From Parcubacteria group bacterium (GTDB lineage: Bacteria > Patescibacteriota > Patescibacteriia > UBA1558 > GWA2-36-10), in contig PQAE01000005.1 in assembly GCA_003104935.1 (NCBI GenBank), positions 68,034 to 115,529 of the forward strand: a stretch of 47,496 nucleotides of DNA. The letters run 5' to 3'. The notes beneath the pieces were generated by a model, which saw only the letters and a program-made list of their open reading frames with translations, was not told the DNA's origin and made no database searches. Positions 42,508-47,496 of this stretch are shown piece after piece (the first letter of the stretch is position 1; each line of letters begins with the position of its first letter). A program made the position numbers and the translations under genes.

Positions 42508-45041
42508 AGTCAAACTTTAAATCTGATCTTGCTAAAGCCTACGAAGCCAAAGAATTTGAAAGTGGTATTTATCAGGCCTGGGAAAAGTCCGGTTTTTTTA
42601 ATCCCGATAAGTTACCGGGTGCAGGCAAACCCTTTGTGATTTCCATGCCGCCGCCAAATGCGACCGGTGTTTTACACCTCGGACATGCCGCGGCACTAAC
42701 TTATGAGGACATTTTAATTCGTTTTAAAAGGCTGAGGGGTTACAAAACTTTATGGTTGCCGGGTACTGACCATGCGGCCATCGCTACTCAAACCAGAGTA
42801 GAAAAGATTTTAGCCAAAGAAGGAACGGACCGCTATAAACTGGGAAGGGAAAAATTTTTAGAACGGGTCAGAAAATTTGTGGTGGAATCTCGGCAGACGA
42901 TCAAGGAACAAACCAGACGCATGGGCTCTAGCTGTGATTGGTCGCGGGAGAGATATACTTTTGATGAAGGCCTGTCTCGGGCGGTTAGTGAAGCTTTTGT
43001 GCGCATGTATAAAGACGGTTTGATTTACCGGGGAAGCCGTATTGTCAATTGGTGCCCGCGCTGTGCCTCTACTCTGGCGGATGATGAAGTGGAATATAAA
43101 GAAGCCGACTCTAAACTTTATTATATAAAATACGGCCCCTTTGTCGTGGCTACGACCAGACCGGAAACAAAATTGGCCGATACCGGCGTGGCTGTGAATC
43201 CCCAAGATAAGCGCTATAAAAAGTACGTTGGAAAAATATTAGAAATCAATCTAGCCGGCCACAAAGTCAAAGTAAAAGTTTTTGCCGATAAGATTGTGGA
43301 TCAAAATTTTGGTTCGGGAGTAGTCGGAGTAACCCCAGCGCATAGCGCCACTGATTTTGCTTTTGCCCAGAAACACAAACTGGAAATTATCAAATTAATT
43401 GATGAACAGGGTAAACTATTAGCCAGCGGTGGTAAATATCAGGGTTTGGATGTGGCGGCCGCTCGCACGTCTTTCGTAAAAGACTTGAAAAAAAACGGAC
43501 AATTAATAAAAATTGAGGATTTTAAAAATAATTTGTCGTTTTGTTATCGCTGTGGTACGCCGCTTGAACCCCTGGTTTCGGAGCAGTGGTTTGTGGCTGT
43601 AGATAAAAAGATTCCCGGGCGCAAAAAATCTCTGAAAGAGTTAGCTGTCCAGGCGGTCAAAAGCGGTGAGATTAAAATCTTACCGTCCCAGTTTTCCAAA
43701 GTATATTTTCACTGGATGAATAATTTGCACGACTGGTGCATCTCCCGTCAGATTTGGTGGGGGCACCGCATCCCGGTCTGGTATGGACAGGCCGGCGAAG
43801 TGATCGTCGCCGCCAATGAAGTTGAGGCAAAGAAAATAGCACACGGCAAAAAAATCACTCAAGATGCCGACACTCTGGACACCTGGTTTTCTTCGGCACT
43901 CTGGACATTTTCTACCCTGGGTTGGCCTCGGCAAACGTCCGATCTGATGAAATTTCACCCCACCTCGGTTATGGAAACCGGCTATGATATTATTTTTTTC
44001 TGGGTGGCGCGCATGATCCTGATGACCGAATATATTTTAGCAGAAAAACCCTTTGAGACGGTTTATCTGCACGGCATGATCCGCGATAAAGAAGGGCGGA
44101 AGATGAGCAAATCTCTGGGCAACGGCATTGATCCTATTGAGATGATTGATAAATTTGGCGCCGACGCCTTGCGCTTATCTTTGGTCATCGGTTCGGCTTC
44201 CGGCGCCGATTTGAGATTATATGAGGAAAAAATCGCCGGCTATAGAAATTTTGTCAATAAACTATGGAACATTTCCCGTTTTATTTTGGCCAACGTCCAC
44301 AATGTTAAAACTATAAAAACCAGACCAAAGGGAAAAACCCTGTCCGATCGTTGGATATTAGCCGAGTTGGATTGCTTGATTTTTGAAGTGACTGCTGATC
44401 TGGATAACTATAAATTTTCAGCGGCTGGAGAAAATCTCTATGATTTCAGCTGGGCAAAATTAGCGGATTGGTATTTGGAAATCGCCAAAATAGAAAAAAA
44501 TAAGGATGACATACTACTCTATATCTTAGAGCGATTATTGATTTTATGGCATCCTTTTACTCCCTATGTGACCGAAGTGATTTGGCGGCAGTTTCCGAGC
44601 AAACAGATGCTTTTGGTCAGCTCGTGGCCGACCGCCAAAAAAAATGATAAAAAAATATTGGCAGCGTTTAGAGAATTGCAGGAATTGGTAATGAAAATCA
44701 GAAATCTGAAGACGGAAAATAATATCGCTCCCGTGGAATTGCCCGATTGTGTCTTAGTCAGCAAGCTTTTAAATAAAAACGATCTGCAGGTAGTTGCTAA
44801 ATTAGCCCGGGTAAACCTAGTAACTACCATCACAAAAGCCAAGATATTTAAGACTGCTCACAGCCACGGACAAATAAATTTAGCTCGGGCCATATCCGTC
44901 AGAGAAAAAGAAAATTTGGAGAAATACATTAATAGTTTAGAAACGCAATTAGCCAATAAGAAATTTGTCGCCAGCGCACCGGCCAACATAATAGAACAAA
45001 CCAAAGAAAAATTAAAAAACGCTAAGGCGAAATTACTCTAA
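42504..45041 (+). CDS. valS: Valyl-tRNA synthetase
   Basis: PPPNATGVLHLGHA (HIGH motif), KMSKS, and a C-terminal coiled coil. Confidence 0.95.
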   Translation: MKSNFKSDLAKAYEAKEFESGIYQAWEKSGFFNPDKLPGAGKPFVISMPPPNATGVLHLGHAAALTYEDILIRFKRLRGYKTLWLPGTDHAAIATQTRVEKILAKEGTDRYKLGREKFLERVRKFVVESRQTIKEQTRRMGSSCDWSRERYTFDEGLSRAVSEAFVRMYKDGLIYRGSRIVNWCPRCASTLADDEVEYKEADSKLYYIKYGPFVVATTRPETKLADTGVAVNPQDKRYKKYVGKILEINLAGHKVKVKVFADKIVDQNFGSGVVGVTPAHSATDFAFAQKHKLEIIKLIDEQGKLLASGGKYQGLDVAAARTSFVKDLKKNGQLIKIEDFKNNLSFCYRCGTPLEPLVSEQWFVAVDKKIPGRKKSLKELAVQAVKSGEIKILPSQFSKVYFHWMNNLHDWCISRQIWWGHRIPVWYGQAGEVIVAANEVEAKKIAHGKKITQDADTLDTWFSSALWTFSTLGWPRQTSDLMKFHPTSVMETGYDIIFFWVARMILMTEYILAEKPFETVYLHGMIRDKEGRKMSKSLGNGIDPIEMIDKFGADALRLSLVIGSASGADLRLYEEKIAGYRNFVNKLWNISRFILANVHNVKTIKTRPKGKTLSDRWILAELDCLIFEVTADLDNYKFSAAGENLYDFSWAKLADWYLEIAKIEKNKDDILLYILERLLILWHPFTPYVTEVIWRQFPSKQMLLVSSWPTAKKNDKKILAAFRELQELVMKIRNLKTENNIAPVELPDCVLVSKLLNKNDLQVVAKLARVNLVTTITKAKIFKTAHSHGQINLARAISVREKENLEKYINSLETQLANKKFVASAPANIIEQTKEKLKNAKAKLL

Positions 45042-45059
45042 ATTATTTTCAGATATGAC

Positions 45060-45092
45060 AGGACCCAGTCGAGTTTTCGACTGGGTCCTTTT
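45060..45092 (+). terminator. Intrinsic terminator of valS
   Basis: aggacccagtcga-gttt-tcgactgggtcct followed by ttt. Confidence 0.7.
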
Positions 45093-45110
45093 GGCTGGCT
45101 TGCGTCCAGC

Positions 45111-45512
45111 TCAGGCGGGAAAGATCAAACCAGCGTCGGGGTTGTTGAAGCGGGCCAGTAGCAGGGCGTGATCAAAGGTCATCTCAGTGGACCCGGACAA
45201 GGGTACGCGCCCGGTGCATCCATTGTGGAGGAGGAGATATCGTTCATCTTCCGGAGTCAGCGGATGGCGACCATAGCGGATCCAAACCTCACCGCCACTG
45301 GTAGTGACTGCCGTGATTTGATTACTGATGTTCCAGCAGGCACTTTCACCGTCTGACACTTTGTCGCCGATGTGGTAGGCGATGCCCTGCAGGTTAACCT
45401 TTAGACCGGTCACATGCACCATGTGTAGTACATAGCGCAAGTATTCACGTTCGGGAACACTACTGCGCTGGCCGAGGAAAGACACCTGATCATCTGGGCC
45501 GATAGAGATCAT
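45111..45512 (-). CDS. Hypothetical protein, 133 aa, GC-rich orphan
   Basis: Intact ORF with AAGGG 8 nt upstream of the ATG. GC content is visibly higher than in its neighbours. No motif was recognised. Confidence 0.5.
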   Translation of the reverse strand: MISIGPDDQVSFLGQRSSVPEREYLRYVLHMVHVTGLKVNLQGIAYHIGDKVSDGESACWNISNQITAVTTSGGEVWIRYGRHPLTPEDERYLLLHNGCTGRVPLSGSTEMTFDHALLLARFNNPDAGLIFPA

Positions 45513-45560
45513 GATTTTTCCCTTCGCTGATGAGAGGAACGTTTGGAGTTTATCCGTTTC

Positions 45561-45589
45561 AAAAAAAGCTTAGCACTTTGGGCTAAGCT
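45561..45589 (-). terminator. Intrinsic terminator downstream of pilB
   Basis: The minus strand reads agcttagc-(7 nt)-gctaagct followed by T7. Confidence 0.6.
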
Positions 45590-45594
45590 GTCAA

Positions 45595-45631
45595 CCCTGT
45601 TAAATAAGCGCTTTGCGCTTATTTAACAGGG
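45595..45631. repeat. Perfect 17-bp palindrome (ccctgttaaataagcgc-ttt-gcgcttatttaacaggg)
   Basis: Read directly from the sequence. No adjacent T-run on either strand. Confidence 0.8.
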
Positions 45632-45662
45632 CCAACTGGGTCTAGATGTTGATTAGGTGGTT

Positions 45663-47399
45663 TTATTTTTGAGTTTGACGCAATACTTCTTGGACCGAAG
45701 TCAGGCCGGCCATAGCTTTGAGTAAGCCGTCCTGAAACATAGTGATCATGCCGTTTTTGATGGCAGTTTTCTGTAGTTCAAATTCGGAAACCTCTCCGGA
45801 GAGAATTATTTTTTCTACTTCATTGTTGATGGTAAAGACTTCAAACAAGCCCATCCGGCCTTTGTAACCCAGACCGTGGCATTGATCACAGCCTTTGGCG
45901 GTATAAAATTTAACATTAGCCAGATCGGCTGGTTTGTATCCGGACTCAGGAGCAATTTGGTTTAGGGCGTTAAGCACATCGGTAATGGTTTTATTGTCTA
46001 TGGTTTCGTCTTCGATCTTGCAGTGGAGGCAGAGGCGGCGGACTAGGCGTTGGCCGATGATAGCGTTGAGCGCCGGAGCCAGTAAAAATGATTTGACACC
46101 CATGGCTAAAAAGCGCGGTATGGCGCCGGCGGCCGAATTGGTGTGCATAGTGGAGAGCATTAAGTGGCCGGTCAAAGCGGCATTGATGGCCGTCTCAGCG
46201 GTTTCCAGGTCACGCACTTCACCGACCATAACAATATCCGGATCCTGGCGCAGGATGGCTTTGAGCCCGCGGGCAAAAGTATAGGGTTTGGCCTTGCGAG
46301 CGCTACCCTGCGACTCGCCTGGCTCCAGGTCGGTTTCAATCTCCGCATTTTCTACTTGGCTTTGCACTATGCCCGGCAGTTTGTATTCTATAGGATCTTC
46401 CAAAGTAATAATCTTGGTATCCGGTTGGTTCAGGGTGTTAAGCACGGCATAGAGCGTCGTGGTTTTACCGGAGCCGGTGGGACCGGTAGCCATAATCATG
46501 CCGTTGGGCTTTTTCATTTCATTTTCCAGGTCATTAAAGGCCTTGCCGCGCAGTCCCAAATCTTCAAAAACAAAACCCACGCTGGAAGCGCGCAGGATGC
46601 GCAAAACAATACTCTCGCCGTAAGCCGAAGGTATGACTGAAACTCGGACGTCAATCTTGTCGCCTTTAGCGGTGATTGTAAAGCGTCCGTCTTGGGGTTT
46701 GTCGCCGATGTTCATCTTTAACCCGGCTAGCAGTTTGATCCGGGAAGAAATCTTGTCAAAATCAGTCAGAGGTAGGGCGGCGACATCATGCAGGACACCA
46801 TCCACACGCAGGCGTAACTTCACGCCTTTTTCTTCGGTTTCAATATGGATATCGGAAGCTTCAAATTTTAAAGCCGTGGCAATAGTGATATTAACCAGCT
46901 CGGTCAAATTAGTCTCGGCGATCAGTTTTTGCAGGCTGGCAAAATCTTTGATCTGGGCATCAAATTTAGCTAAGTCATCGGCGCCGATCTGTACCCCTTC
47001 CATCTGGATAATACTCGGTATTTTTTGGTAGATGGCATAAGCGCTGTCAAAACTATTTTCCGAAACAAAATAAACAACCACATTGGCATGGTATTTTTCA
47101 GCCAGCTCTTTGGTCAGATGGGCCACCTGAGGATTATTAGGGTTAAGCGAAGCTAGGCGGATCTCATCGCCGGAATAAAAAAAACAGACGGTCTGAAGGG
47201 CTTCGGCCTGCCCTTGGTTGATCAGCTTTAGAGCATCGTGAGAAATGGGAAATTTATTCAGGCTGATATAGGGTAGTCCCAAAACTTCAGCCTGGCCTTC
47301 TACCAGCTTTTCCTTTTCTTTGAGCTCAATCTCCGACAATTTACTGGAGAGTTTTTGCTGAGCATCATCGTGCGAAATTTTTATGGGTGTAGCATTCAT
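45663..47399 (-). CDS. pilB: Type IV pilus assembly / type II secretion ATPase (PilB/GspE family)
   Basis: Walker A GPTGSGKTTT, Asp and His boxes, and a tetracysteine motif (CLHC...CDQC). Confidence 0.9.
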   Translation of the reverse strand: MNATPIKISHDDAQQKLSSKLSEIELKEKEKLVEGQAEVLGLPYISLNKFPISHDALKLINQGQAEALQTVCFFYSGDEIRLASLNPNNPQVAHLTKELAEKYHANVVVYFVSENSFDSAYAIYQKIPSIIQMEGVQIGADDLAKFDAQIKDFASLQKLIAETNLTELVNITIATALKFEASDIHIETEEKGVKLRLRVDGVLHDVAALPLTDFDKISSRIKLLAGLKMNIGDKPQDGRFTITAKGDKIDVRVSVIPSAYGESIVLRILRASSVGFVFEDLGLRGKAFNDLENEMKKPNGMIMATGPTGSGKTTTLYAVLNTLNQPDTKIITLEDPIEYKLPGIVQSQVENAEIETDLEPGESQGSARKAKPYTFARGLKAILRQDPDIVMVGEVRDLETAETAINAALTGHLMLSTMHTNSAAGAIPRFLAMGVKSFLLAPALNAIIGQRLVRRLCLHCKIEDETIDNKTITDVLNALNQIAPESGYKPADLANVKFYTAKGCDQCHGLGYKGRMGLFEVFTINNEVEKIILSGEVSEFELQKTAIKNGMITMFQDGLLKAMAGLTSVQEVLRQTQK

Positions 47400-47437
47400 A
47401 TCAATATTATAGAGTCTCCGCGCCGCTTAGTCAATTT

Positions 47438-47466
47438 AAAACCCTGTCGCGTCAGACGCGACAGGG
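47438..47466 (-). terminator. Intrinsic terminator of a gene upstream of the window end
   Basis: ccctgtcgcg-tcaga-cgcgacaggg, followed on the minus strand by tttt. Confidence 0.5.
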
Positions 47467-47496
47467 CTTCAGATTACCAGATAAACCCCCAGCGAT

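Noticed and set aside
45595-47466. CCCTGT...ACAGGG hairpins on both sides of pilB as terminal inverted repeats of a mobile element.
   Set aside because: Each is a self-contained hairpin, and only the outer 6 nt are shared. The 47438-47466 hairpin has a T-run and behaves as an ordinary terminator. pilB itself is a core-type gene.

Overview
This is a 47.5-kb, gene-dense bacterial chromosome segment. It is roughly 40% GC by eye and uses the standard genetic code. About 40 CDS are mostly housekeeping: tyrS, a class A PBP, truB, rpsT, holA, polA, tig, a membrane H+-pyrophosphatase, nusA, glmS, trmB, tsaD, tsaE, valS and a PilB/GspE ATPase. There is also a glycogen-type cluster with two glgA genes, a GH57 enzyme, a kinase and a GalT-like gene. 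Other notable genes are a CDP-archaeol-synthase-like gene, an ABC-2 exporter, and a 1101-aa membrane-anchored subtilase with FG-GAP repeats. The compact operons and this gene mix suggest a small-genome Patescibacteria/CPR-like organism; that is inference only. There are five canonical tRNA genes: Gly-CCC, Leu-UAA, Gly-GCC, Cys-GCA and Glu-UUC. The most unusual signal is at the tRNA loci. Four of the five tRNAs are accompanied, on the same strand, by fragments of themselves. Perfectly conserved tRNA blocks in these fragments are split by short GC-rich hairpins at recurring positions: anticodon loop nt 35/36, T loop nt 56/57, and the D loop. Related hairpins occur in other intergenic regions. 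Other points of interest are a 554-nt non-coding region with a promoter/terminator-bounded candidate sRNA, and two GC-rich islets. One islet holds a PadR-like regulator flanked by two micro-ORFs encoding TM peptides; the other holds an orphan 133-aa gene. Next to tRNA-Glu there is an AT-rich nucleotidyltransferase gene plus a frameshifted RNase H fragment. I recognised no CRISPR array, integrase, transposase or known defence gene.
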